From: an uncultured Actinomycetota bacterium
GTDB taxonomy: Bacteria > Actinomycetota > Actinomycetes > Mycobacteriales > Mycobacteriaceae
Reading direction: 5' to 3'
Length of the DNA stretch: 64,000 nucleotides
NCBI GenBank assembly: GCA_963732835.1
Contig: CAVTBA010000029.1
Span: 2,964 to 66,963, forward strand
The position numbers and the translations under genes were made by a program. Under the pieces are notes generated by a model. That model made no database searches. It was given only the letters and a program-made list of their open reading frames with translations, and had not been told where the DNA came from. This document shows positions 12,464-24,586 of this stretch, piece by piece. The stretch's first letter is position 1; the number at the start of each line of letters is the position of its first letter.

Positions 12464-13992
12464 TCGCGCCCGGTCCGGCGCAGCATCTCAAACGCTGACT
12501 CCGGACCCCAGGTGCCCGCCTCGTACGGCTCGGGCTTGCCGTCGGCCGCCCAGTTGTCGAGGACGGGATCCAATATCTGCCAAGCCAATTCGACCTCTTC
12601 GTTGACCGGAAACAGGGACGGCTCGCCCAGCAGCACGTCGAGGATCAGCTGTTCGTAGGCCTCCGGCGACTCTTCGGCGAACGCCGAGCCGTAGGAGAAG
12701 TCCATGTTGACGTCGCGGACCTCCATCGCCGTTCCCGGCACCTTGGACCCGAACCGCAGCGTGATGCCCTCGTCGGGCTGCACCCGGATGACCATGGCGT
12801 TGGCGCCCAGCTCGTCGGTCATGGTGGCGTCGAACGGCAGATGCGGCGCGCGTTTGAAGACGAGCGCGATCTCGGTCACCCTGCGGCCCAAGCGTTTCCC
12901 GGTGCGCAGATAGAACGGCACGCCGGCCCAGCGGCGGGTGTCGACCTCCAGCGTGATGGCGGCGAACGTCTCGGTGGTGGAGTCCTTGGCGAACCCTTCC
13001 TCGTCGAGCAGCCCGACCACCTTCTCGCCGCCCTGCCACCCGCCGGTGTACTGGCCGCGGCTGGTGGTCTCGTCGAGCGGCTGGGCCAGTTGCGTCGCCG
13101 AGAGCACCTTGATCTTCTCGGTCTGCAACGCCGCCGGGTTGAAGCTGACCGGCTCTTCCATCGCGGTCAGCGCCAGCAGCTGCATCAGGTGGTTCTGGAT
13201 GACGTCGCGGGCGGCGCCGATGCCGTCGTAATAACCGGCGCGCCCACCCAATCCGAGGTCCTCGGCCATGGTGATCTGCACGTGATCGACGTAGTGCGCG
13301 TTCCAGATCGGGTCGAACAACTGATTGGCGAACCGCAACGCCAAGATGTTGCGCACGGTCTCCTTGCCCAGATAGTGGTCGATGCGGAACACCGCCTCTT
13401 CGGGGAAGACGGCGTTGACCGCATGGTTGAGGGCCTGCGCGCTTTCCAGGTCGTGCCCGAACGGCTTCTCGATGACGACCCGGCTCCATCGATCGCCCTG
13501 CGGGCGGGCCAACCCGGACTTGTGCAGCTGGTCGCACACCACCGGGAACGACTTCGGCGGGATGGCCAGGTAGAAGGCGTGGTTGCCGCCGGTGCCGCGC
13601 TCGGCGTCCAGCTTGTCCAGTGTTTCGGCCAGCCGGCCGAACGACGCCTCGTCGTCGAAAGAGCCTGGCACGAAACGGAATCCTTCGGCCAGCCGCTCCC
13701 AGTTCTCCTCCCGAAACGGTGTGCGGCAATGATCCTTGACGGCCTGGTATACCACCTTGCGGAAGTCCTGGGTTTCCCAGTCCCGCCGGGCGAAGCCCAC
13801 CAGCGAGAAGCTCGGCGGCAGCAGACCGCGGTTGGCCAGGTCATAGATGGCCGGCATCACCTTCTTGCGGGCGAGGTCGCCGGTGACGCCGAAGATCACC
13901 ACGCCGCAGGGGCCGGCGATCCTCGGCAGCCGCTTGTCGCGCTTGTCCCGTAAGGGGTTATGCCATCGTGCAGCGGTACGAGCCGGACTCAT
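12448..13992 (-). CDS. zwf: Glucose-6-phosphate 1-dehydrogenase
   Basis: [31 protein letters not shown]. Confidence 0.98.
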   Translation of the reverse strand: MSPARTAARWHNPLRDKRDKRLPRIAGPCGVVIFGVTGDLARKKVMPAIYDLANRGLLPPSFSLVGFARRDWETQDFRKVVYQAVKDHCRTPFREENWERLAEGFRFVPGSFDDEASFGRLAETLDKLDAERGTGGNHAFYLAIPPKSFPVVCDQLHKSGLARPQGDRWSRVVIEKPFGHDLESAQALNHAVNAVFPEEAVFRIDHYLGKETVRNILALRFANQLFDPIWNAHYVDHVQITMAEDLGLGGRAGYYDGIGAARDVIQNHLMQLLALTAMEEPVSFNPAALQTEKIKVLSATQLAQPLDETTSRGQYTGGWQGGEKVVGLLDEEGFAKDSTTETFAAITLEVDTRRWAGVPFYLRTGKRLGRRVTEIALVFKRAPHLPFDATMTDELGANAMVIRVQPDEGITLRFGSKVPGTAMEVRDVNMDFSYGSAFAEESPEAYEQLILDVLLGEPSLFPVNEEVELAWQILDPVLDNWAADGKPEPYEAGTWGPESAFEMLRRTGREWRRP

Positions 13993-15107
13993 TTCGAGGC
14001 GGAACCCAGCTGCTTCTGCGTCTCCTGTAGCAGCTCGGTCCACGAGTCCACGAACTTCTCCACGCCCTCCTTCTCCAGCACCACGAACACGTCGGTCAAG
14101 TCGACTCCGACCCCGGCGAGCTTGTCGAACACCTCCTGGGCGGCGGAAGCGGTGCCGGTGACGGTGTCACCCTTGATCACACCGTGATCGGCCACGGCGT
14201 CAATTGTCTTCTCCGGCATGGTGTTCACCGTGTTCGGCGCGACCAGCTCGGTGACGTACAGGGTGTCGGAGTAATCGGGGTTCTTCACCCCGGTCGACGC
14301 CCACAGCGGACGCTGCACGCGGGCGCCGTCGCCCTTGAGCGCCTCGTAGCGATCGCCGCCCTCGAACACCTCCTGGTAGGCCGCGTACGCCAGCCGGGCG
14401 TTGGCCACACCGGCCTGCCCGCGCAACGCGAGCGCCTCCTCGGAGCCGATCTTCTCCAGGCGCTTGTCCACCTCGGTGTCCACCCGGGACACGAAAAACG
14501 ATGCCACGGAATGGATCTTGGACAGGTCGTGACCCGCCTCGCGGGCCTTCTGAAGGCCGGCCAGGTAGGCGTCCATCACCTGACGGTGCCGTTCAACGGA
14601 GAAGATCAGCGTGACGTTGACCGAAATCCCTTCCGCCAGAACGGCGGTGATGGCCGGAATGCCGGCCTTGGTGGCCGGGACCTTGATGAACAGGTTCGGC
14701 CGGTCGACGATCTTCCACAGCTCGACGGCCTGCGCGATGGTCTTGTCCGTCTCGTCCGCCAGCCTCGGGTCCACCTCGATGGACACCCGGCCGTCCACGC
14801 CGTCGGAGGCTTCCCACTCACGCTTGAGCACGTCGCAGGCGTTGCGCACGTCGTCGGTGGTGACGGTGCGGATGGTGGCGTCGACGTCGGCGCCGCGTTC
14901 GGCCAGCTCGGCGATCTGACCGTCGTAGGAGTCACCCTCGGCCAGCGCCTTCTGGAAGATCGACGGGTTGGTGGTCACGCCGACCACGCTCTTGGTGTCG
15001 ATCAGCTCCTGCAGATTGCCCGATTGGAGCCGCTGGCGCGACAAGTCGTCCAGCCAAACGGATACTCCCGCAGCGCTGAGCGCGGCGAGGTTAGGGTTCT
15101 GAGTCAC
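13989..15107 (-). CDS. tal: Transaldolase
   Basis: [29 protein letters not shown]. Confidence 0.98.
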   Translation of the reverse strand: MTQNPNLAALSAAGVSVWLDDLSRQRLQSGNLQELIDTKSVVGVTTNPSIFQKALAEGDSYDGQIAELAERGADVDATIRTVTTDDVRNACDVLKREWEASDGVDGRVSIEVDPRLADETDKTIAQAVELWKIVDRPNLFIKVPATKAGIPAITAVLAEGISVNVTLIFSVERHRQVMDAYLAGLQKAREAGHDLSKIHSVASFFVSRVDTEVDKRLEKIGSEEALALRGQAGVANARLAYAAYQEVFEGGDRYEALKGDGARVQRPLWASTGVKNPDYSDTLYVTELVAPNTVNTMPEKTIDAVADHGVIKGDTVTGTASAAQEVFDKLAGVGVDLTDVFVVLEKEGVEKFVDSWTELLQETQKQLGSASK

Positions 15108-15122
15108 GCGAATCACCCTTTC

Positions 15123-17213
15123 TCAGTTATCCACTACCTGTTCCGCGGCGGCCGCGACGGCTTCTGCGGTGAAACCGAATTCACGGAACAACGTTTTGTA
15201 ATCGGCGGATTCGCCGTAGTGCTCGATCGACACGATCCTGCCGGTGTCGCCGACGAGCTTGTGCCAGGACTGCGCGACGCCAGCCTCGACGGCCACCCGG
15301 GCCGACACCGACGGGGGCAGCACGCTGTCGCGGTAGTCCTCGGGCTGCGACTCGAACCATTCCACGCATGGCATGGACACCACCCGCGCGACAATGTCCT
15401 TGTCGGCCAACAACTTCTGCGCCTCGACCGCGAGCTGCACCTCCGAGCCGGTGGCGATCAGCACGACGTCGGGGTCCTCCACGCCTTCGTCGCCGAGGAC
15501 GTAGCCGCCCCGGGCCACCCCCTCGGCGTTGGTGCCCTCGAGCACCGGCACACCCTGGCGGGTCAGGATCAGCCCGACCGGGCCACTTCCATTGCCGCGG
15601 GCCAGGATCGTGCGCCAGGCGTAGGCGGTCTCGTTGGCGTCGGCCGGGCGCACCACCGACAGCTTGGGGATGGCGCGCAGCGCCGCCAGGTGCTCGATCG
15701 GTTGGTGGGTCGGCCCGTCCTCGCCCAGTCCGATCGAGTCGTGCGTCCACACGTAGATCGTGTCGATGTCCATCAGCGCGGCCAGCCGCACCGCCGGGCG
15801 CATGTAGTCGGAGAACTGCAGGAACGTGCCGCCGTAGGCCCGGGTCGGGCCGTGCAGCACGATGCCGGACAGGATGGCCCCCATCGCGTGCTCGCGAACA
15901 CCGAAATGCAGCGTGCGGCCGTACCAGTGCGCGGTGTAGTCCTTCGTCGAAATCGACGGCGGCCCAAAGGAATCGACGCCCTTCATGGTGGTGTTGTTGC
16001 TGCCCGCCAGGTCGGCCGAACCGCCCCACAACTCGGGCAGCTTCGGGCCCAGAGCGTTCAGCACCTCACCGGATGCGGCGCGGGTGGCCAGCGCTTTCGA
16101 CCCCGGCTCCCAGTGCGGGATGTCGGCGTCCCAGCCGTCGGGCAACTCCTCGGCCGTCAGCCGGTCCAGCAGCGCCTTGCGGTCGGGTTCGCGCTGCGCC
16201 CACGCGTCGAAATCCGCCTGCCACTTCTCGTGCGCTTCCTTGCCCCGATCCACCAGCTTGCGGGTGTGGGCGATGACCTCGTCGCGCACCTCGAACGTCT
16301 TGTCGGGGTCGAAGCCCAGGATCTTCTTGACGGCCGCGACTTCCTCGTCACCCAGCGCCGCGCCGTGCGCCTTGCCGGTGTTCATCAACTTCGGCGCCGG
16401 GTAGCCGATGATGGTGCGCAATTCGATGAACGATGGCCGGTCCGTCACGGCCTTGGCGTTCGCGATGGCCTCCTCGATGCCGACGACGTTCTCGCCGCCC
16501 TCGACCTGCTGCACGTGCCAGCCGTACGCCTCGTAGCGCGCGGCGGTGTCCTCGCACAGCGCGATGTTGGTGTCGTCCTCGATCGAGATCTGGTTGTGGT
16601 CGTAGAACACGATGAGGTTGCCCAGCTGCTGCACGGCCGCCAGCGACGACGCCTCCGAGGTGACGCCTTCCTCGATGTCGCCGTCGGAGGCGATCACGTA
16701 GATGAAGTGGTCGAACGGGCTGGCGCCCGGGGCGGCGTCGGGATCGAACAGGCCGCGCTCGTAGCGCGCCGCCATCGCCATGCCGACCGCCGAGGCCAGG
16801 CCCTGGCCGAGCGGGCCGGTGGTGATCTCCACGCCCTTGGTGTGCCGGAACTCCGGGTGCCCGGGCGTCTTGGACCCCCACGTGCGCAGCGACTCGATGT
16901 CGGACAGCTCCAGACCGAACCCGCCGAGGTAGAGCTGGAGGTACAGCGTCAGGCTGCTGTGCCCGCACGACAACACGAACCGGTCGCGGCCCAGCCAGTG
17001 GGCGTCGCTGGGATCGTGGCGCATCGCGCGCTGGAACAGGGTGTAGGCCAGGGGCGCCAGGCTCATCGCCGTTCCGGGATGTCCGTTGCCGACCTTCTGG
17101 ACCGCGTCGGCGGCCAGCACCCGGATGGTGTCGACCGCGGCCGAGTCGATCTCGGTCCAGTCGTCGGGGTGGTGCGGTTGGGTCAGCGTAGAGATCTCTT
17201 CGAGTGTGGTCAC
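15123..17213 (-). CDS. tkt: Transketolase
   Basis: [21 protein letters not shown]. Confidence 0.99.
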   Translation of the reverse strand: MTTLEEISTLTQPHHPDDWTEIDSAAVDTIRVLAADAVQKVGNGHPGTAMSLAPLAYTLFQRAMRHDPSDAHWLGRDRFVLSCGHSSLTLYLQLYLGGFGLELSDIESLRTWGSKTPGHPEFRHTKGVEITTGPLGQGLASAVGMAMAARYERGLFDPDAAPGASPFDHFIYVIASDGDIEEGVTSEASSLAAVQQLGNLIVFYDHNQISIEDDTNIALCEDTAARYEAYGWHVQQVEGGENVVGIEEAIANAKAVTDRPSFIELRTIIGYPAPKLMNTGKAHGAALGDEEVAAVKKILGFDPDKTFEVRDEVIAHTRKLVDRGKEAHEKWQADFDAWAQREPDRKALLDRLTAEELPDGWDADIPHWEPGSKALATRAASGEVLNALGPKLPELWGGSADLAGSNNTTMKGVDSFGPPSISTKDYTAHWYGRTLHFGVREHAMGAILSGIVLHGPTRAYGGTFLQFSDYMRPAVRLAALMDIDTIYVWTHDSIGLGEDGPTHQPIEHLAALRAIPKLSVVRPADANETAYAWRTILARGNGSGPVGLILTRQGVPVLEGTNAEGVARGGYVLGDEGVEDPDVVLIATGSEVQLAVEAQKLLADKDIVARVVSMPCVEWFESQPEDYRDSVLPPSVSARVAVEAGVAQSWHKLVGDTGRIVSIEHYGESADYKTLFREFGFTAEAVAAAAEQVVDN

Positions 17214-17468
17214 AGACTCAGTCCTAGGGTCATCGAGCTGATCAATCCCACCCTAGTGCGGGAGGGCCGGCTCTTGCAGTGCAGATTTCGGGTACCCGCC
17301 GCCGGCTGGTGTGAAAATTACGCGGTGGCCGTCGACCCGTAACATCCAGTTCTGAAATCTGGGAGAAACCTGGGTGAATGGACCCTGCGGGCAGGCCATT
17401 ACCGGCCCGCGGTCTACCATCGTGTGTAGTAGATGCTGCGCGCTGCTGCGATCCCAAGGAGTTATTGC

Positions 17469-18452
17469 GTGAGCGTTCGCGGGCGCGTCGCGCCGAGCCA
17501 GGTACCGAGCCGACTGACCGCCGCCGCCCGGCGACGGTCCGGGCGGGATGGCGCCCCGGTGAGGAGTCGGGCAATCGGCACGGTGCTGGCGTATTTGGCG
17601 CTGACCAAGCCGCGGGTCATCGAACTGTTGCTGGTCACCGCGATACCCGCCATGCTGCTCGCCCACCGCGGCACCGTGCACCCGCTGCTGATCCTCAACA
17701 CGTTGATCGGCGGGATGCTGGCCGCCGGCGGCGCCAACACGCTCAACTGCGTGGCCGACGCCGACATCGACAAGGTGATGAAGCGCACGGCGCGCCGGCC
17801 GCTGGCCCGCGCCGCGGTGCCGACGCGAAACGCCTTGGTGCTGGGCGTGGTGCTCACCGTCGGCTCGTTCTTCTGGTTGTGGTGGACGACCAACCTGCTC
17901 TCGGGTCTGCTGGCGCTCGCGACCATCGCGTTCTACGTGTTCGTCTACACGCTGCTGCTCAAGCGCCGCACGTCGCAGAACGTGGTGTGGGGCGGCGCGG
18001 CCGGCTGCATGCCGGTGATGATCGGCTGGTCGGCCGTCACCGGCACCATCGGCTGGCCGGCGCTGGTGATGTTCGCGATCATCTTCTTCTGGACGCCGCC
18101 GCACACGTGGGCGCTGGCGATGCGTTACAAGGAGGACTACAAGGCGGCCGGCGTCCCGATGCTGCCCGCCGTGGCGACCGAGCGCCAGGTCACCAAGCAG
18201 ATCGTGATCTACACCTGGCTGACGGTGGCGTCGACGCTGGCGCTGGCGCTGGCCGCCGGCTGGCTGTACGCGGTGGTCGCCCTGGTCGCCGGGGCGTGGT
18301 TCCTGGCGATGGCCCACCAGTTGTACGCCGGGGTGCGCGCCGGCGAGCCGGTCAAGCCGCTGCGGTTGTTCCTGCAGTCGAACAACTATCTGGCGGTGGT
18401 GTTCTGCGCGCTGGCGGTCGACTCGGTGATCGCGCTCCCGCACCTGCTCTGA
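17469..18452 (+). CDS. ctaB: Protoheme IX farnesyltransferase (heme o synthase)
   Basis: [26 protein letters not shown]; GTG start inferred. Confidence 0.95.
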   Translation: MSVRGRVAPSQVPSRLTAAARRRSGRDGAPVRSRAIGTVLAYLALTKPRVIELLLVTAIPAMLLAHRGTVHPLLILNTLIGGMLAAGGANTLNCVADADIDKVMKRTARRPLARAAVPTRNALVLGVVLTVGSFFWLWWTTNLLSGLLALATIAFYVFVYTLLLKRRTSQNVVWGGAAGCMPVMIGWSAVTGTIGWPALVMFAIIFFWTPPHTWALAMRYKEDYKAAGVPMLPAVATERQVTKQIVIYTWLTVASTLALALAAGWLYAVVALVAGAWFLAMAHQLYAGVRAGEPVKPLRLFLQSNNYLAVVFCALAVDSVIALPHLL

Positions 18453-18480
18453 CGCCGGGCGAACCGGCGTGGTCGCCGGC

Positions 18481-19455
18481 TCAGGGCAGCAGCACGATCG
18501 AGCCGGCCGTCTTGCGGCCCTGCAGGTCCTGATGGGCGCGGGCGGCTTCGGCCAGCGGGTAGCGTCCGCCGACTTCGATGGTGATGGCCCCGCCGGCGAT
18601 CGCGTCGAACAATTCCTCTGCCCGCCAGCTGAATTCCTGGTCGGTGCGGATGAAGTGGGCCAGCGACGGCCGGGTCAGAAACACCGAGCCGGCGGCGTTG
18701 AGGCGCTGCGGATCGAAGGGGGCAACGGGTCCGCTGGCCGCGCCGAACAACGCCAGCGTGCCCCGCACGGCCAGGCTGGCCAGGCTGGCGTCGAAGGTGG
18801 TGGCGCCGACGCCGTCGTACACGGCCTGGACACCGGCGCCGTCGGTGAGCCCGCGGATCTGCCGGCCGAATTCGTCCGCGTCGTCCGGGTAGGAAAGCAC
18901 CTCGTCCGCGCCGGCCCGCCTGGACAGCCGGGCCTTCTCCGGCGTTGAGACCGTGGTGATGACCCGCGCGCCGAGCAGATGCGCCCACTGCGTCAGGATC
19001 AGCCCGACCCCGCCCGCGCCGGCGTGCACCAGCACGGTGTCGCCGGCCTGCACCGGATACACCGACTTCAACAGGTAGTGCGCGGTCAGCCCCTTCAGCA
19101 GCGCCGACGCCGCGACGTCGGAACTCACGCCGTCCGGAACATGCGCGGTGAGAACCGCTGGGGCCGTGGCATATTCGGCGTAGCCGCCGGACGCCGCGGC
19201 ACTGACCACCCGGTCGCCGACGCTGAAGCCGTCGGCGCCGTCGCCGGTCGCGGACACGGTGCCGCATATCTCTTGACCGATGATGAAGGGCAACTCGCGC
19301 GGGTACTGCCCGGAGCGGAAGTAGGTGTCGATGTAGTTGACGCCGATCGCCTCGGCCTTGATCAGCACCTCGCCGGCTCCGGGCGTGGGCTGCGGTGCGT
19401 CGACGTAGCGCAGCACCTCCGGACCGCCGGTTTCGCTGATTTGGATTGCGTGCAT
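18481..19455 (-). CDS. qor: NADPH:quinone oxidoreductase
   Basis: GVNYIDTY, HAGAGGVG, YDGVG; MDR family. Confidence 0.93.
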   Translation of the reverse strand: MHAIQISETGGPEVLRYVDAPQPTPGAGEVLIKAEAIGVNYIDTYFRSGQYPRELPFIIGQEICGTVSATGDGADGFSVGDRVVSAAASGGYAEYATAPAVLTAHVPDGVSSDVAASALLKGLTAHYLLKSVYPVQAGDTVLVHAGAGGVGLILTQWAHLLGARVITTVSTPEKARLSRRAGADEVLSYPDDADEFGRQIRGLTDGAGVQAVYDGVGATTFDASLASLAVRGTLALFGAASGPVAPFDPQRLNAAGSVFLTRPSLAHFIRTDQEFSWRAEELFDAIAGGAITIEVGGRYPLAEAARAHQDLQGRKTAGSIVLLP

Positions 19456-19474
19456 GTGCTTATCATGCCCGGGC

Positions 19475-20125
19475 ATGAAACTCGCCCGTCCGGACATCTT
19501 CCATCCCCGCATCGTGCTGGCGGGCGGTCCCGGCGACCCCGACGACGACGGGCTGGTGCCCGCGTTGCGAACCCGCGGGCTGCACGCCCGCTGGCGGGCC
19601 TGGGACGACCCGGACACCCTGCGCGCCGACCTCGTCATCCTGCGGGCCAGCGCGGACGACCCGTCTCGGCGCCAGGAGTTCCTGGCCTGGATCCGGCGCG
19701 TGCGTCACCTGCTCAACCCGCCCGACGCGGTCGCCTGGAACCTCGATGAGCGGTATCTGCGCGACCTCGAGGACGACGGGGTGCCGACGCGGCCCGGTGG
19801 GACGGCGCAGGCGGCGTTGATCTTTTTGGGTGGCAAGCAGTCGCACGCCTGGCCGGTCGATCCGGAGTTCGAGGCGTGGGACCTCGGTTACGCGGCGATC
19901 GCGGCGGCGGCCGACCGCGCCGGAATCGGCGCGCGCGAGCTGCTCTGCGCGCGCGCCGACGTGAGCGGGGACCGGCTGGTGGCGCTCGACCTCGTCGCCC
20001 CGCCGCTGGGCTGGCGGCACCTCGACCCCGCCACCCGCGAGCGCGCCCAGCGCGAGTTCGCGCTGGCCGTCGAGTCAGCCTGCGAGCGGCTCGGGCTCGG
20101 CCCGCTCTCGCATCGAGGCCCATAG
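19475..20125 (+). CDS. Conserved hypothetical protein (Rv1455-like)
   Basis: MKLARPDIFHPRIVLAG N-terminus; divergent from qor. Confidence 0.75.
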   Translation: MKLARPDIFHPRIVLAGGPGDPDDDGLVPALRTRGLHARWRAWDDPDTLRADLVILRASADDPSRRQEFLAWIRRVRHLLNPPDAVAWNLDERYLRDLEDDGVPTRPGGTAQAALIFLGGKQSHAWPVDPEFEAWDLGYAAIAAAADRAGIGARELLCARADVSGDRLVALDLVAPPLGWRHLDPATRERAQREFALAVESACERLGLGPLSHRGP

Positions 20126-21031
20126 CGCGGCGGTCGCCGCGGTGCACGCCGCGGCCCCGGCCACGTGCAGGGCGACCAGCGCGGCGGGCACCCCGGTGAA
20201 GTACTGGGCGGTGCCGACGGCGGCCTGCGCGCACACCAGGGCGAGCAGCACGATCAGCCGCCGCAGGACGGGCCGCGCGGCGCGCACCGCCAGCAGCCCG
20301 AAGCCGAGCCCGACCAACAGAGCCAGGTAGGCGATCAGCAGCGAGGAGTGCGCGTGCACCAGGGTGTCGACCGCGACCTCGAGCCGCGGCACCGTCCGGG
20401 TGGGGCTGCGGTCACCCGCGTGCGGGCCGGCGGCCGTCACCAGCGTGCCGGTGACCAGCACCACGGCCAGATCCAGCCCGATCAGCGCCGTCAGGACCCG
20501 CAACGGCCTGGCGACGCGGCTGCGCACCACCCCGTCGTCGGGTTCGCCGACCTTGACGTAGAGCAGCACCGACAACCACACCATCGTCATCGAGGTGAGC
20601 AGGTGGATGGCCACCGTCCACCACAGCAGCCCGGTGCGCACGGTGATACCGCCGATGACCGCCTGCACCACCGTCGACACCGGCATGAGCCACGCGTAGA
20701 CGAGGACCTCCGTGCGCCGCCGGGCCCGGGTCACGGCCAGCACGGCCAGCGCCGCGGCGACGACCACCGCGAAGGTGATCATGCGGTTGCCGAATTCGAC
20801 CGCCTGGTGGATGCGGGGCACCTCGGCGTGGGCGACCGGGGTGAAGCTGCCCGGAAAGCACTGCGGCCAGGTGGGACAACCCAGTCCCGACGCGGTGACG
20901 CGGACTATCGCCCCGGTGACGGCGATACCGCCCTGGGTGAGGATGACGGCCGCGGCGATGAGGCGCTGGACGCGCACGCTCGGGTCGGGGAGCAGGTCCA
21001 CCAACCGCAACAGCGTTCGTCCCACGGGCAT
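20075..21031 (-). CDS. ctaA: Heme A synthase, COX15/CtaA family (Rv1456c-like)
   Basis: GLGCPTWPQC, EFGNR, conserved His residues in TM helices. Confidence 0.88.
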   Translation of the reverse strand: MPVGRTLLRLVDLLPDPSVRVQRLIAAAVILTQGGIAVTGAIVRVTASGLGCPTWPQCFPGSFTPVAHAEVPRIHQAVEFGNRMITFAVVVAAALAVLAVTRARRRTEVLVYAWLMPVSTVVQAVIGGITVRTGLLWWTVAIHLLTSMTMVWLSVLLYVKVGEPDDGVVRSRVARPLRVLTALIGLDLAVVLVTGTLVTAAGPHAGDRSPTRTVPRLEVAVDTLVHAHSSLLIAYLALLVGLGFGLLAVRAARPVLRRLIVLLALVCAQAAVGTAQYFTGVPAALVALHVAGAAACTAATAALWASMRERAEPEPLAG

Positions 21032-21156
21032 GGCCCGATGGTAGGCCAACGAAAACTACGTCCTGTAGTAAGCCCTGGCGCCGACGAGATATTAACCACG
21101 CACACTCGCCGCGGCGTGTCGTCTGCGTGGTTTACGTGTCGCGAGCGCGCCGCGCG

Positions 21157-21936
21157 TCAGGTGAACCGGAACCAGCGCAGCGCGGCCAGCGCCGCGAGCG
21201 CCCCCCACACCGCCAGGACGACGAGGCCGAACCAGTCCACCGACAGGGCCATCGCCCGCGACAGGGCCTCGGTGAGCGCGCCCGAGGGGGTGAGCCGGGC
21301 CGCCCACTTGACCCCGGTCGGGATCATCCCGCTTTCCACCGTCAGCGCGCCGAGCCCGGCGAAGACGAACCACAGCAGGTTGGCGATCGCGAGCACGATC
21401 TCGGCCCGCAGCGTCCCGCCGAGCAACAGCCCGAGGGCCGCGAAGCCCGCGGTGCCCAGCGCGATGACCGCCGCGCCCAACGCCAGCGCGGCCAGGGCGG
21501 GCCGCCAGCCGAGCGCAAACCCGATGGCGCCCAACAGGATTGCCTGCAGGAACACCACGGTGACGACGGCCAGTGACTTGCCGGCGATGATGCCCCAGAC
21601 CGGCAGCGGGGTCGCACCTAACCGCTTGAGCGCGCCGTAGCGGCGGTCGAAGGCGACCGCGATGGCCTGCCCGGTGAACGCGGTCGAGATCACCGCGAGG
21701 GCCATGATGACCGGGACGAAGGTGGCGGCGCGGTTGTGGCCGAACGAACCGAACGGCAGCAGCGTCAGCCCGACCAGCAGCGTGATCGGGATGAACATGG
21801 TCAGCAGCAGCTGCTCGCCGTTGCGCAGCAGCAGCTTGAGCTCCAGGCCGAACTGCGCGGCCAGCATCCGCGGCACGGCGTTGGGCCGGGGGTCGGGGGT
21901 GAAGGTTCCCGGGGGAAAGACGCTCGATTCGGTCAC
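21157..21936 (-). CDS. ABC-2 type transporter permease (Rv1457c-like)
   Basis: AFDRRYGALKRLGATPL; six TM segments; coupled to the ATPase stop. Confidence 0.9.
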   Translation of the reverse strand: MTESSVFPPGTFTPDPRPNAVPRMLAAQFGLELKLLLRNGEQLLLTMFIPITLLVGLTLLPFGSFGHNRAATFVPVIMALAVISTAFTGQAIAVAFDRRYGALKRLGATPLPVWGIIAGKSLAVVTVVFLQAILLGAIGFALGWRPALAALALGAAVIALGTAGFAALGLLLGGTLRAEIVLAIANLLWFVFAGLGALTVESGMIPTGVKWAARLTPSGALTEALSRAMALSVDWFGLVVLAVWGALAALAALRWFRFT

Positions 21937-22868
21937 TGCCGCAACTTCCTGCCGGTGAGGTCGAGGAACACGTCCTCGAGGCTGCGTTGCTCCACCCGCA
22001 TGTCGGTGGCCAGCGCGTCGATTCGCGCGCACCACGCCGTGACGGTGGCCAGCACCTGCGGGTCGACCGGCCCCTCGACCAGGTACTCGCCGGGCATCAC
22101 CTCGCTGGCCCGGTAGTCCTCCGGCAGGGCGGCGGTCAGCAGGGACAGATCCAGCCGCGGCGGCGCGGTGAACCGCAGCTCGTCCTTGGCGCCGGTGCGC
22201 ATCAGCTCGGCCGGTGTGCCGGCGGCCACCGTCGCGCCGTGGTCGATGATGACGAGCCGATCGGCGAGCTCCTCGGCCTCCTTGAGTTGGTGGGTGGTCA
22301 GCAGCACGGTCACGCCGTCGCGGCGCAGCGCGTCGATGAGTTCCCAGACCAGCAGCCGGGCGTGCGCGTCCATGCCCGCGGTCGGTTCGTCGAGGAAGAC
22401 CAGCTCGGGCCGCCCGACCAGCGCGCAGGCCAGCGCGAGCCGCTGTTGCTGCCCGCCGGACAGCCGCCGGTAGGTGGTGCGGGCGGCATCGGTGAGGCCG
22501 AGGGTGTCCAGCAGCCACGCCGGGTCCAGCGGGTCGGCGGCGTAGGAGGCGACCAGGTTGAGCATTTCGCCGGCGCGCGCGGTGGGGTAGCCGCCGCCGC
22601 CCTGCAGCATCACGCCGATGCGGGTGCGCAGGCGGGCGTTGTCGGCGATCGGGTCCAGCCCGAGCACCTCGATGGTGCCGGCGTCCGGGCGCACGAAGCC
22701 CTCGCACATTTCGACCGTCGTGGTCTTGCCGGCCCCGTTGGGGCCCAGCAGGGCCAGCACTTCGGCGGCGTGCACCTCGAGGTCGAGATCGGCGACGGCC
22801 GTGGTGGATCCGTAGTGCTTGCTCACCCCGCGCAGTCGCACGACTGTTTCAGGAACGTCCGAGCTCAC
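21933..22868 (-). CDS. ABC transporter ATP-binding protein (Rv1458c-like)
   Basis: GPNGAGKTT, LSGGQ, LDEPT. Confidence 0.95.
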   Translation of the reverse strand: MSSDVPETVVRLRGVSKHYGSTTAVADLDLEVHAAEVLALLGPNGAGKTTTVEMCEGFVRPDAGTIEVLGLDPIADNARLRTRIGVMLQGGGGYPTARAGEMLNLVASYAADPLDPAWLLDTLGLTDAARTTYRRLSGGQQQRLALACALVGRPELVFLDEPTAGMDAHARLLVWELIDALRRDGVTVLLTTHQLKEAEELADRLVIIDHGATVAAGTPAELMRTGAKDELRFTAPPRLDLSLLTAALPEDYRASEVMPGEYLVEGPVDPQVLATVTAWCARIDALATDMRVEQRSLEDVFLDLTGRKLRQ

Positions 22869-24586
22869 GTGGAATCAGCGTAGGCGTCAGGTACCGCCTG
22901 GGAAGAAGGGGTGGCCCGGGGGGTCTGAGCCGTGTCGGGCGGCGGCGCGATTTCGACGGTCTCCGGAGGCGATTCGGCGCCCTCGGGCGGGAGCCGCCGC
23001 CACGGCAACTTGGTGTACGTCAGCGCGATGAGCGCCGCCACGATGACGGTGCTGGCCAGCGTGGCGTCCACGATCTGGAACAACGCGAAGCGGTCCCCGT
23101 TCGCCGTCGGGCCGAAGATGCCGACGACGAGGGTGATGACGATTACCGCCGCCCGGAACCCGCTGCGGGTCGCCCAGGCGGCCAGCGGAATGATCGCCCA
23201 CAGCAGGTACCAGGGCTGCACGACGGGAAACAGCAGCACGGTGACGCCCAGCGCCACACCCAGGCCACCGATCGGGTGCAATCGGCCACGGAAGACTGCC
23301 ACCAACAACCAGCCCACCATCGCCATGATGATCAGCACACCGATGGCGCGGGTGAGCCCCAACACCGCGGTGGTGTGATCGCCGAGGCCCAGCAGGATCC
23401 CCACCTGCCCGGTGCCAAGGGCCAGCAGGGTCGGCGGCGACATCCAGCTGCGCACCACGTTGGCGGTGCCGAGCGTGTAGATCCAGCCGAACCCGAGCCC
23501 GCTGGCCCAGCCGACGATCGCCATCACCGCCAGCGACAGCGCCGTCATCGCGCCGCCCGCCAGCAGCAGCGCACGCAGGTTGCCCCCGCAGCGGTAGGCC
23601 AGCGCCATCGTGACGAATCCGAGCGCCAGCAGCGACGGCAGCTTCACCTGCGACGACAGGATGATCAGGACGGCGCCGGCCAGCAGCATGCCCAGCGGCT
23701 CCCAATCCGGGCCGGGCCGCCACGAGGCGGGAAACAGTCGCGGCGAGCGCGTCGAGTCCAGGCCCCGCAGCGCGAACTCGGCCCCGGCCAGCATCAGCCC
23801 GAGCATCAGCGCCTCGTTGTGGACCCCGGCGACCAGATGCATGATCAGCAGCGGATTGGCCGCGCCCAGCCATAGCGCGCTGACCTCGGCGACGCCGCAG
23901 CGCCGGGCCAGCCGCGGGGTCGCCCACACGATCAACCCCACGCCGATCAGCTCGACCAGCCGGTGACATAGGACGGCGGCGACGATGTTCTCCCCGGTGA
24001 TCGCCGAGATGCCGCGCCCGATCCACAGGAACAGCGGGCCATACGGCGCCGGCGTCTCGCGCCACAGGGTGGGGACCGACAGCGTGAAGACATGGGACAG
24101 GCCGAGTCCCGACGCCGGACCCACCCGGTAGGGGTCCAGCCCTTCCAGCGAGATCTGGCTCTGGGCCAGGTAGGAGTAGACGTCTTTGCTGTACATCGGC
24201 GGGGCGATCAGCAGCGGCAGCGTCCACAGCAGCAGGGTGCGGTCCAGGTCGCCGCGCGACATCCGCCTGCTGCCCAACGCGAACCGGCCGAGCATCAGCC
24301 AGGCGAGCGCCATCATGACCGCGCCGGTCGTCGTCATCGTCAACGACACCGTCTGGATCCGCGACGGCAGGTTGAGCAACCGCACCCCGAACGTGGGGTC
24401 CTGCACGACGGGCCGGGCCCCGGCGCCCAGCGCGCCGATGGCCATCAGGATGGTGCCGGTGGCGCCGAACAGGCGGGTGCGCTGCAGCGCGGTGAGCTCG
24501 GCATCGTTCAGCGGCGTGCCCACCGCCTGCTCGTCGCCATGCAAGCTGGCGATCGACGAGCTCAACGCGTGGTGGCGGGCTGCCAT
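22865..24586 (-). CDS. mptB: Alpha-1,6-mannopyranosyltransferase MptB (GT-C)
   Basis: PPMYSKDVYSYLAQ, TPAPYGP, HNEALM; synteny with Rv1459c. Confidence 0.92.
   Translation of the reverse strand: MAARHHALSSSIASLHGDEQAVGTPLNDAELTALQRTRLFGATGTILMAIGALGAGARPVVQDPTFGVRLLNLPSRIQTVSLTMTTTGAVMMALAWLMLGRFALGSRRMSRGDLDRTLLLWTLPLLIAPPMYSKDVYSYLAQSQISLEGLDPYRVGPASGLGLSHVFTLSVPTLWRETPAPYGPLFLWIGRGISAITGENIVAAVLCHRLVELIGVGLIVWATPRLARRCGVAEVSALWLGAANPLLIMHLVAGVHNEALMLGLMLAGAEFALRGLDSTRSPRLFPASWRPGPDWEPLGMLLAGAVLIILSSQVKLPSLLALGFVTMALAYRCGGNLRALLLAGGAMTALSLAVMAIVGWASGLGFGWIYTLGTANVVRSWMSPPTLLALGTGQVGILLGLGDHTTAVLGLTRAIGVLIIMAMVGWLLVAVFRGRLHPIGGLGVALGVTVLLFPVVQPWYLLWAIIPLAAWATRSGFRAAVIVITLVVGIFGPTANGDRFALFQIVDATLASTVIVAALIALTYTKLPWRRLPPEGAESPPETVEIAPPPDTAQTPRATPSSQAVPDAYADST

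Noticed and set aside
14184-17342. 1052-aa plus-strand ORF, and similar long ORFs such as 43765-45696 and 41594-43096
   Set aside because: Antisense shadows of well-recognised genes, common in high-GC DNA; no recognisable motifs
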